DNA from: Ascidiella aspersa
Lineage: Eukaryota
Direction of reading: 5' to 3'
DNA length: 64,000 nucleotides
Assembly (NCBI GenBank): GCA_963924565.1
Contig: OZ004608.1
Span: 4,526,001-4,590,000 of the forward strand
Numbering within the stretch: the stretch's first letter is position 1; every line of letters begins with the position of its first letter. Both the position numbers and the translations under genes were made by a program. Shown here one piece after another: positions 46,401 through 58,400 of the stretch. The notes under the pieces are model-generated. The model had not been told where the DNA came from, searched no databases, and was given only the letters and a program-made list of their open reading frames with translations.

Positions 46401-49400
46401 CACAACACTGGCGCTCCACTGCTGCGGGTTGTAAACCACAGAGGCGATGCTCTCGGCCGGCATATCGGAGTTCATGTTCTGTGAAAGGCTCCATTCGGCA
46501 TCAAAGTTCTCGCGGTCCGGCATTGTATAGGAAGCAGCGCTCGTGATACGGTTTCTTCCGTGCGAGAACTTGAGGTTGTAGCCGTTCGAGTTAGTCGAAA
46601 AGGCGACTCGGCTTCTTTCATTGGTTGGGTCGAACTCGTTGAGCAGAGTTGCTAGAACGTTGACGAACCAAGAGTTGTACTTGGCCTTGATGCCGGCGTT
46701 GAGAGTTGTCTCATCCTTGGTGTAGCTAGCCTCAACAGACTGGCCCTTGAAACCTTCGGAGTCTTCTGGGATCGGCGAGGTTTCGAAGGTGGCGCTGTGG
46801 GTGTGTCCTCCGTAGCTAAACGTGTTGTCAACACTTAACCCGCATCCTCCTCCGCTCAATTGGTAGTCAAATTGCTGGTCAAGCTGCGTCTCGTAAAGAT
46901 CAAACTGGATTCTTCCGCTGCCGTGACCTTCTCCAAAGTTTCCCACGACGTTGAAGATATTGGCGTCTTGGTTGTCCAGTTTCACCAGGAATTCGAGGCT
47001 GTTTACTGTTGAGCTAAGGTTGGCGTCGAAATCGTAACCCATCTTATCGTATCGCCCAGTGTAGTGTATGTCGTTGTTGTTATAGTTGTACGTCATAGTG
47101 TAGTCTCCAGCTCTTACTTGATCAAGTTCGATGACTCCGTTCAAGGTCAGTACTCGGTCGACCACGTTGTAGCTGTAGGTCTCGTGGTAGTCCCTGTAGC
47201 CCAAGTACTCATCCAGTTGTGGCATATTGTGGCTCATAACCTGGCTCACAGAGCCTGAAGTGCTGAAAAGACGCTCGGTGAAGTTATACCAAATCGTGTA
47301 CTGGTTCATTTCAGCTCCAATGCTTGCGTCCAAGTTTGTAGCCTCATTGCTCATCTCAGTGTTGACGACGAACTTCTGAGCCAAGTGCGTAGGGACGCTC
47401 AAGTCGCTCAGGTAAGGCACGCTGTGGTCAAAGTAGACGTTCCCGATGGTGGATGTGGTCATCCTGGAAGCTTGGTGACTCCCGATCACACCAGTCGCCA
47501 CGCTCATGTCATCAAAGCGGAAGTTAAGAGACAGGTCGAGTCCGGATTGCACTGGCCTCTGAATAAAAGAGGCCTCACTGTTGGTGGGCACCCCATGGTC
47601 GCGTTGAAGCTCCTTGTTCTTAAGGCGCAGAGTAACGCGTGGGTTGAGGCTATCAGCGAAAATCACAAGCTTGAAGTCATCGTTAGCTTCCAAAGTGTTG
47701 GCGTGCGTCATCCTGGCCATGAAGCGGTCGTCGTTTCGGCTTCTGCTCAGCGTGAAGTTGCTAGATCCGTTCACGCTTCCCTTTTGCGGGTTGATAAAGC
47801 TGTAGGTGTCGAAGAGCTTGTAAGAGTACATGGGCTGCGACTCGATTCTAACGTCGTGCGATCCGTAGTACTTCTGCCCGTCCACGACGGCTCCGTGGCT
47901 TTCGCGCGCCTTCATGCTTTCAATGGATCCGTTAAACCTTCCTAAGGTGATGCTGTTTGGAACACCGGCATCTGTAAGCTGTGGGATGCTCTGTGTAGCC
48001 TCGAAGTCGACCTGGAAGCTGTAAGGTCCGTTAGTGCTGAATTCAACCGAAGGGGCAACGCGCAGGCGAATGTGCGCGTGGTCTGGTCTGCTCTGTTCAC
48101 CGTTAAGCACCAGCTGGTAGCTGTACATGCTGAAGCGCTTGAAGTCCATAGACCCTTGCACGGTTCTTTCCTGGCCGTTGTACGTGTGTGTGTAATCCGC
48201 TGTAAGCGCAACGTTGTTCTCCGTTCTGGTTGGAGTGATAGTAGCCACGCCCTGGTAGTCGTGGTCCACAATCAAGTTAAGCACAACTGCCGCCTCGTAA
48301 GATGCTCCGCTCTTGCGTCCCTTTAGCTCCACTTCCATGTTACTTGGGAAGTCCAGGGTCTGGTGCACGATGTCGATGTTGTGCTGAGCGCTGAGGGCAA
48401 TTCCGTACCAAGCGTCAGAGGTCAATCCGGTCATTACGTTGCCGTTTAGGTTCACGTAATGATCGTCATAGGTGGCCGCCGCCGTGAAGTTGTAGAACTC
48501 AAGGCTCCCGGAAAGCTCAAGGCCCACTTCCGACGGCATTTCCTCGCTCTCTAGGATGGTCTGACTAGCGTGGATGCGAACGTGGTTGGGGCTGAAGTTA
48601 ACCGATCCCTGGGCGTTCTTCGCGTTCCCCTGCTTAGTGTAGGACACTGACCCGTGCACCGACTCGGCTGTGAAGCCAAATGTGGCGCGAATGTCGTTCG
48701 GGATGTAGGAATCAAGCTCCGGGAACGAGTGGGTCCCCATAAATAATAGGCTCCTGGTGTTGATCTGGCCGGACATCTGCCTTACGACGTCGTCCATTGT
48801 AAGTGTAATGCTTCCCTCAAGAGGCTCCATGGTCCCGCTAACGGCAAGGGTTATGTTCTTAGGAAGATACTGAGGTACTTCTGGTGCGCTCTGGAAGAGA
48901 GATAACAAACCGCGGCGCCGGTTAACAGATCCTCCAACTTTGCGGACGAGTCCGTCGATCGAGATGTAAAGCTCTCCGCTCATCGGTTCCATACTTCCTT
49001 TGAGACCAACGATGATATCGCGTGGAATCAGGAGGTTGTCAAGCTCCACGGCGTTGTGGCTTACACTTCCGCGCATCGCAGCCAAATCCAAAGTGGCCGA
49101 AGCTTCCTTGGGGATTCCATCAACCGTGACGCGAACTGTGCCGCTGGGAGGCGACGCAGAGCCGCTCAACTCGATCTTCAAGGATCCAGGAAGAGGAAGC
49201 TCAGGGATGCTGTGCATAAAAGTGGCCACAAGGTTCTCAGGGTCCACGGAGGCGCTGGCGGATCGGCTGATCTCGTCCACCACCAGCTTAAAGGATCCCT
49301 GGAGAGGCTCGCGTGTTCCTGACATCTTTAAGGCTACGTGACGCGGTAGAGGCAGGATCTCGAAGTCATGTCGGATCTCGAACTCGAGCGCTGTGACGTC

Positions 49401-52400
49401 ACCCTCGGCTGTGAACCGCTGGGTGGTGCCCTCGTGACGGTAGCTAGCAGTGACGTTTGGTCTCGGAGTGAGTCTCGCTTCACCTGAGAGTCCGATCGAC
49501 TGCGGCACCAAGCTGGAAAGCTCTGGGATGTTGTGATCCAGACTCAGCGAGAAACCGCCCGGCACCAGGTTTTTGCGGAAGGTGACGCTCCTGCTGACGT
49601 CATCAAGGAGAGATGACGTCACGCGAAAGCCGTCGGAAAGCTTCTCGTAGCCGCCAGAGACTCCGAACTGCTTGGAATCGACAATAGCGTCGGCCGAGAT
49701 ATAAACGTCAGGAGTGAGGCGGAAACTTCCACCAAGGGTCATATCGTTAGGGATGTATGTGCTGTCAAATCTGTGCGAGATCTGGACCTGGCCTTGCTGG
49801 TTCTCGTAGTTTCCTGAAAGGGCAACGTCCTGCTCTACTCCGTCCAATGTGAGCACCATGGAGGCGCTGGGACCTCGCTTGGTGACCACCACTCGGATAT
49901 CGTTGGGCTGCTGATCGAGGTTGTGGTTGAGGTGGACTGACGCACGGGTTTCCTTGTCGCTGTTGATCTCTAGTACGACGTTCTTGTTGCCGTAGTGGCC
50001 GTGAGCGCTGCCCACGATCCCGGAGGCCCATTCGGAGGTAAAGGAGGCTCCCAGAGAAGCAGGAACGCCAAGGGCCTGGAGGTAACCGTCGTCGAGTATG
50101 AGGCTGAATTCGCTGGACAGTTCCTGGGGCTGTTTGTTGTAGCTTCCTTCAATCGCGTGGCGAAGCGTCACTTCGTCCATTGTGACGTTCACCTGGCCGT
50201 AGAAGGATTCCTGCGTCTTTCCGAGAAGAACATTTACGGCTCCGTCTCTAGGAACAAACGTTGGGATCTCTTCAAAGTCCTGAGTGTAGCTGACCTTGCC
50301 GAAGACCTGATCGTCGGTGTACGAGTAACTGACACTGGCCGTTGCCGTGTTGGTCACCCTTCCCCTCTTTATAACAGCGCGGACCATGTGGCTCTGGTCG
50401 GTTGCCACGTACGCCGTGTTGATCCTCGTGATCTTGGGGATGTAGGCGTTCTTTCTCCACGCGTTCTGCGAGTGTCGGAGCTCAAGGCTGGCGGTCATGT
50501 CTTCGATGTCGTATCTAAAGTCGACAGAGACCTCGAAATTTGGCTGCTCGCTGCGCTGAAGGCTCACAGAGGCCTGGAGACCGTTCTGAAGGCTACCGGA
50601 GGTGTCCAAAGTGATGTCGACTGGGAAGATGTCGCTGGTGACGAACTGCTGGTTGTTGGTGAGGTGCAGTGTGGTTTCCATGGCATTCATGTCCAGGTTC
50701 CCGGTAAACTGGGTGTGCAGTTTGAGTTCGCGCTCCAAAGACAACTGGACATTGCCGATGAGACTTGCATCTTCAAGAGTAAAGGTGCTTTCAAGCTGCG
50801 AAAGGGCGGGCATGACTTCGGTGTCAAAGTTTTGTTGCAAGGTGCATTCCAGCCCGTGCTCCGTATCGCTCCTGCCTGTCTTGGTGCACTGAAATCCGGC
50901 CCTACCACGAGTAGTGCGCAAATCAAGGCTGTATCCGTCGCTGTTGAAGTTGAGCGATCCTGCCAAGGTGATGTTAGGGAAGAACTCGTCGGTTGTGAAG
51001 TTGTGAACGATCTTGAGCTTGAAGTCCGGGATAGATGTGATTGAACTCCATCTTCCGTCCACCTTTCCGGTCCTGATCTCGTCGCCCCACTGGTAAGTAA
51101 GGTAGGAGTGCACGTCGCTGGAGCTGTGTAGAAACTGGCTCTCGAATCCGATCGCTTTTGGCACGCCGAACTGCTCAACAATCATATCAAAGTTGTGGTT
51201 GAAGTAGAAGATGAGCTTCTTCTGGTTCCCGTCGTAGTCCAGCTTAAATCCGACGCTTTTCTCTGCCGTATCGTAAACGATCGCCAAGTCGGCGTCGTAG
51301 TTGTCGTGTAGCTGGAAGCTCACTGACATGTTGCCCGGAATACCGTACTGCAAGATGGCCGACACGTTGTGGTGGGTTACCAGGTAGAAGCTGTTCCGGT
51401 CAAAGTTCTGATTCATCGTAACCGAGGCTACCTGCTTCACCTGGTCCAGGGTGACAGACATGGCCACGGACTTGTGGAGGATCGGAGAGCCGGATGCGGA
51501 GCCGGACACGACGATATCGTACTCGAAGGAGTGCGGGAAACTATTGATGTCAAAATCGTGGTTTCCAGCAAGGCTGATGTGCCAGTTAAAGAGCTCGATA
51601 ATGACCGTGGCGCCCGCCTGGTTTCGCAGCACGCTTTCAAGGCCGGTTTTCGGGTCGTACATGGTTCGCTCGAGGTTGGTAGCCAGCTCGAGTGAGCCGG
51701 ACATACTGGCCGGGTTCAGGAGCCCGTAGTTGATGGTGGTGACTTTGCGAATGCGACGCGGGACTCCGAATCCTACAAGAGGAGTGTGCTGCTGCCAGTC
51801 GGTGGTGATGACAATGTCGCTCTCTCCAAGAGCAACGTCCACTGAAGCGGAGGAAGTGTAGACATCGTCGTCCAACTGCAAGGAGCCATCAGCGTTCACA
51901 GTGTGGTGCGTCTCAGATCCTTCGTACGATCCGCTGGTGATGAGGGTGACGTTGCGGAATACTCCTAGATCTGTGAGTTCCGGGATGTCGTGGGCGAATC
52001 CAAGCTTGAGCGTGTTGCTGGTGGTGTCGAAGCCTCCGACTACAGAGAACTGCTGCACGTTGTCGTTGATGGTGGACGAGATGGTCACCATGTAACCCTC
52101 TCCGCTCTGGGCCACTGTTAGCTCCTCAATGATGCCTTGAGGAACTCCGAACTGCCTTAGCTGGACCAGGTTGTGGTTAAACCTTGCAGTAAAGGTGTCC
52201 TCTTGTTGGGAGGTTGCACGGTGAAGACGACTCCTCACAGTACGCTCGCTGTCGTTGCCAATCGTGTATTTGAGGCTGGTTAAGATGTCGGTTCTGTAGT
52301 CGGTCTTGCCGGCCAACTTGACGTGCACGTTTGGGATGATATCGGTGATGTTCTGCGCAAATCCGACAGTGACTGCGACAATTGCTTTCTGCTTGTTGAT

Positions 52401-55400
52401 TGGATACTCAAGGGCTGAGCTGATCGAACCGCCAACGCCATTGTAGTTTCCTGCCAGGTTAAGAGAGAAACTAGATTCCTCAAGAGTGTAGCTGATCATC
52501 GAGTGGCCAGAGTTTGGAATCCACCAGCTGTTTCTGTCCTCGAATATGTCTTGTGACCAAGTGGCGGCGTAAGTGTTGGAACTCTTATCCCCGTCGAACC
52601 TAACATTAGCCGACTTGGTTACTCCGTCCCGGGTGAAAGTAAGTCCAAAGGATCCATCGGTTGTTTGCTTCTGGATAGCGAGCTCGGCATTGCCTCCGAT
52701 CACAGGGCAGTTGGACACGTAGCGGATGCTGCATAATCGCTCGTTCGAGGTGACGACCAGTTCCGAGTGGATCAGATCAACGTCGGTGATGATCTGTCCT
52801 TGGTAATGGTCGCTGTCTCCAGGAGTGGTGTCTTTCATCAGGAGCTTGTTGACCCGAGGGATGTCATACGCGTCCAATTCTGAGATGCCGTGACGGATCT
52901 GGAAGTCGAGGCGATGTGGCTGCCACTGGAGTTCAGTGAAGGCAAGCTCGTCACTTCCAACTGTAACGCGGGCCTGGAGGTGTCCGTTGGTGGTTGCGAC
53001 GCGGTAACTGGTCATCGCGTCAATTCGTGAAGGCACAGAGGCGAGGGACCTGACGTTGTTCACGAAGAGGAACTGAACGCGGCTAGTGGCGCCTGCGTAG
53101 TACATCGCCTCTGCGTTAAAGTCCTCCCTATCGATGTCGGAGCTAAACCATAATCCTTGTCCTCCGTCACTGGACCTTTCGCCCCACTGCAAGTTGGCGT
53201 TGATAGCCCTCGGCACCTCCAGAGCTGCCAGCTGGTTAACGTTGTGCGACCAAGTGGCGCTCACAGAGCTGTCGCTGTCCTTTCTCAGGTTCAAAGAAGC
53301 CGATCTTCCGTTCATTGTAACGACGCCGTCGACGCTCGTCTGTCCGCGAGTGATGGTGAAGGAAAGGTCCTCCGGAATGTCTTCAGTAAACCGCTGGTTT
53401 GCGCTTCCTGTAAGTCGCGCAAAGTTGGCCGACAGCTCTACAGAAGAGGTCAGTTTGATCTGGTCGTTTTGCACGTAGTTTAGAGTGAGCGTGTGGCCGC
53501 TGTTCAGGGTGCTGGTCACCGTGGCCGTGGTCGCCATCTTGTGGGGCGCGTACGGCAAGATTTGCTGCCGCATGGTGGCCGAGACCGTGTTGACTCCGGA
53601 GTTGTCGTCTGTGATCTCGTAGGTGTGACCAAAGTCTCCTCCTAGAATCTCATCTCTGTTCATGGTAATGACCAAGTTTGCGCTGCTGCTTCCTAGGGAC
53701 TTCTCGAGATGAGCGGAGGCGCTGAGCTCCTGCACCGGGATGTTGGGACTGCTGGAGGTGAACGAGATGCTTCCGGAGTGTCTCATCTCGCTCTGAGCCT
53801 GCAGGGACTCTTTGTTGCCTAGCAACTGGAGGAAGCGCTTGATTCCGCGGTCGTCCTTGTAGTCGATGCGAGCTTTGCTCATGGCGGTCGTCTCATCGCT
53901 CTCAACGTCCAGGTTCATCTCCATGAAGATGCTGGGATCATAAAGGAAGATAGCGTTGGTCTCAAAGCCTCCTTCCTTCTGTCCTTGGTAGCGAAGACTT
54001 GCGTTCACTTGGCGGTTGTACTCGGACACACAGGAGTGGCGGGTCTCGAATCCTCCCTCGATGAAGTCGAAGGTTGATCTGTAGTGGAGGAGCGATGCTC
54101 CATTGGCTCCGCGAGACTGAACCTCCAGGCGCTTGTTGTCCGGAAGATTGTCGACGAAGATGTCGGTAATGATGTTGAGGCCTTGTGTGTTGTCCACTGA
54201 GATCTTGTGGTTTAGGTGGTACTTGTGAGGCGCAATCATGTCCAACTTGTCGTGGAAGATAATCTGGCCCCAAGGAGTTGGGAACTCTGTGCGCATCACG
54301 TAATCCCAAGTGGTCCCAGTCGCCTCACGCATATCATGGTACTCCATGAGCCATTGATACTGGTTGTAGTTAACGCTGGTTGTGAACTGCTTGGCGTTGT
54401 ACTCATGGCTTACGGCGGCTGTGTACTTGATCTCGTAAGATGGCAAAAGGAACTCAGCAGAGCCTTGGATGTTGTTCAAACCATCTTCAAAGGTCTTGAT
54501 GTAAGTCTGGTTGATCGACATGAAGTTGGTGTTGTCCTCATGCCCGGCGTGTCTTCCGACTCCCACTTTGACATACGAGCGGACCTCATTCGGTCCGTTT
54601 GTGTAGTTGTAAAGCACGTGGTGGTTTATCAGTGGGAACTGAGAGCAGACGAACTTCTGCTGTGCTTCCCAGTGGGTCACTGAGGAGCTGGTCGGGTTGC
54701 GCCGCTTGTGGACAAAGATCACGCTGCGGAAATGGAAATGTTTGATTTCTATGTGGGCCAAGTTTAACGAAAACAAAGTAGCAAAAACCATCATTTTTAT
54801 GTTTACTGAGTGGGAAAGAGTAAGAATCTAAATCAAAAGTTACCAAAATTAAAACACACAAATCGACTAATTTGTAGAGTCCAAATATTTTAATATGAAG
54901 TTATCAACACATAGTAAAAGTAAAAATATGCCTCTCTAATACCGAAAGTAGGATTTTATGGTAAGACACAACTAGAGTATCAAAGCCAGCATTTTTTTAT
55001 TTCCATAAGTGTCACCGGATTAAGCAAGAAAATTGAGTGGGCAAGAATCTAGATTGAAAATTAATAAAAAGTTGAAGCACACAAATCGATTAATTTGTAG
55101 AGTCTAAATGTTTTAAGGTCAACGAATTGGTCCCTAAGTTCTTCGGTATTTTTTTTTCTATTTTAATTTTTTTTGGATAAAAATCAAAGCGTGTCACATG
55201 CAACCGAAAATTACTTGATTTTCAAAGAAAAAAATAAATGATTTTTTTTATGTTTCGCTAAATATGCCTCTAATGCCGAAAGTGACGTTTCATGACAAAG
55301 ACACAATTAGAGTATCGAAGCACATACAGAAGTAGGTTGCATTTTTAACGTTTAGGATATCTGTTGATTTATTTGTAGGCAAATGTTGTTTAAACTGCTA

Positions 55401-58400
55401 CCTACTTCTGTATGGGCTTCGAAATTCTTGCTACGTCTTGCTACAACCTCCAAATATTATGCTACAAAACGGTCAGCCAACACTCACTGTTCCTCGTCTT
55501 GGTCAGTAAATGTATAATCGAGTCTAAAGCTGAATGCGTCCAACTTAGGCTTGATGCTCATGTCAAATCCAACCCCGCTGTCAACAATTCCTGGCAGCTT
55601 GAACATTGCCTTACCGTTGTAGCGAAGTCGGTTGTGAGCGGGTACACTGCTATCGGCCAATGAAACTGTTGGAAGAAGATATAATTGGCGTTAAACCTCT
55701 AATTGCTACTTTGAGATAAACCAGATGGAAATATTTTAAAAGTAGCTTCAGTGGCAGGGAGTTAATCACACTATTTCTTTATTTCTCTATCTACATTCCG
55801 TGAACAGCTGAAATGAAAATTACGTTAAAGCATAGTTTACAGATTGATGCGTGTTAAAGTCACGGTTTGTTGCTCAAATATTTAACGCGAAATGTTTTGG
55901 CGCTTTCTTTAGGAACTATGGTCAGTACAAAAAGGCAATTTAAAAACTATAATCATGTTAGAGTTGAAATTAGTGAATGCAGAATCCGGATGAAATATGA
56001 TGTAAATCAGATAAACTTAAGTTGGCTACTTTTTTTTCTTTTTAAGTCCAACGTTCCCATTTTTGTCACCCAAATCCAAAGCATTGTACAATGTTTTAGT
56101 ACTGTTAAAGTTTAAAAAGCGGCCGATTTCAATGTTATAAACCTTACCTTCAAGAGCGATCGGAGAAGGCATGAGGTTGTTGATTGTCATGTTGACCAGT
56201 GCTTTCTTGGATGGGTCAAGTATGACCATGGCCTGACCGGAAATGACCTTCTCAGGTGTTTGGAGGGAGCTCGTCATTTCCCATCTGCTTTCAGTCAACT
56301 CATTCTGTTTCTCCAAGGCAGCCTAAAAATAAATATGTAAAAAGTTATGCTTATTTACCAGAGAGGACTGTTTTTTGTTTTCTTTACCATGCCCACTGAA
56401 AAACTTCCTTTTCATAGCAAAACCTTTGTCGACAATGTTATAATTTCATTTAAAAAAATTCATTTTTATTTGAATTGTAGACTACGCGTCCAAAACAGCG
56501 ACAACTTTGACTTTATGTAAAGACTGGCGGTGGATTAGTTTAGCGAAATGCAAACTTACAGAGAATACGTTGTTTGCTCCATTTCTGTTGTATTGAACGT
56601 TAATCGCCTTGCGGTTCAGGTCGTTCTCTACGATGGCTGTAATTAAAAAACATTATTACAAACTAAAAATCATGCAAAATTAATGGTGGTGTTTTTTTAG
56701 GTTATCCTGTAAGATCTTAAATATGGCTAGTAAAGGTTTTGGGATCAGAAAGTTAAAAGCTAGTCAATTGTTTTCAAGAAAAACAAAACAAAAATATTTA
56801 CAGTAAGCAGCTTATTTTTTACTGAGATTTTTAATAGTTTATTGCTCAATATCGCGACTATACCATACTTTTATAATATAAAAATAGTTTATGGTATTAT
56901 ATTCGGAAAAATCGGTTTTCGGTGTCCCTTTGCGGTCGTGTCAGTTTAAAAGCAGTCTTTTTACCTGCCACTTGCAGTTGGTTGTTTGGTTGCGTCAGAT
57001 GTAGGTTGAACTTCATCGCGTTGACGTCATAATGGACTTCGAGCGAGCTTTTCCTGTTGACGCGGGAGTTGGGCGTATCCATGACAACGGTGGCGTTAAG
57101 TGCGGTCGGGATGTCACTCAGCTGAGTGGTAAACCGTTTTTATGGCTCAAGTTCGTAAATTAAGTGCACTTAACTCTAAACTTGACTTAGTTTAAAGAGA
57201 CAAAAAATATGAAAATTACTTGAGTCAAATAATAAAAAAAAAAAATATATATATATACAAATACCGAAATGTTCAAACAGTTTAATTTTACCGCGTTTGC
57301 TTTTAATTTAAATATTGGTAAAAGTAATTTAATTCAGGGATGTAAAAACAAATAACTTTAATCTGGTTAGCCTAATCCATGTTTTTTACTTGACTTAGGT
57401 ATTTTCGTTAAAACTACTTTACTTGAGTTCCACCATTTCGATAAAAGACTATACATGGACATAAGTCTTCTTTTTTTAAATAAAATACGTTTCATAGATG
57501 TTGCAGTATTCCCCTTAATTAAAAAAATCTAATTCCATTTTATGTAGGACGGTTTAAACCCAGGGCGCTTGCTCGACACTTCAAACTAAATACGAGTTTT
57601 TTGTTGTTTTAAGGATGTTACTATAGTAAAAACGTTTCATAGCTGTTGCAGTATTCCCACTGTTCCAAAAAATCGTATTCTATTTTACGGGAGACGGTTG
57701 GGCGTTTTACTCATCTAAGATACGAGTTACTCAGTTGAGTTTACCGGCGAGTATGTGCTGTCGTAGTTTGCGGTGAGCAAGTAGTGGTCAAATCCAGTGT
57801 CGGTCTTCTCCAAGTAGACTGTGATATCGACTGGTCCGTTGGTGGGGAGCACATAGCTAGCATCATCGTCCTACAAAAACAAAGTAAAAAATTAAGCAAT
57901 TTCGAACTTTTGATGGCTATTTTAAGTGTATTTGGCTAATTTGTGAATTTTTGCCATATTAAGTGTACGTTTTCTGATTCCTTATGCACTGATAAATATT
58001 AAACTTGGTACAGATCTTAGTAAAACCAAAAATCAGTTTGTTTGGATGTTACATGATAAATATATTTAGCTCTTAAAAGCATCATCGATATCTTAATTCG
58101 AATGAATTCATTGTATATTGCAAAGTTTTGGGACGGAGGTTATACTTTTTTCAGCGAAAGTTTTTAGTAGGTTTGTTTCCTAAGCTTGCGAAAACCGGAT
58201 TTAAGTTTTAAATTTTTGTCATTTAATAATAAGAAAATCAATAACAATATCTATATAAGCGTTGGTAAAATCGTAATATTAACCGACACTTCAGTTGTTA
58301 CTAAAGCCAGGGGGGAAATGTTGTTATTTTTGCATAAAAAGAAGGCTTGATTTTTTTTTTACTTTTAGTTTTAATTTTGTTATGCTTTTAGTTGTACGTA

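Noticed and set aside
49995-51044. 349-aa plus-strand ORF and other antisense ORFs within 43564-54683
   Set aside because: These are shadow ORFs caused by codon bias on the coding strand; they show no recognisable motifs or gene structure.
43554-54794. The 3,746-aa ORF as a stand-alone intronless gene (e.g. bacterial adhesin or horizontally transferred gene)
   Set aside because: Its first ~24 and last few codons are AT-rich intron sequence. Phase-compatible splice sites at 54723 and 43575 join it to LLT-module and vWD exons.
54845-57730. Local intronic duplications (~54845-54990 vs ~55065-55320; ~57487-57597 vs ~57631-57728)
   Set aside because: These are ordinary diverged AT-rich duplications with no coding or structural signal; noted only as background duplication rate.
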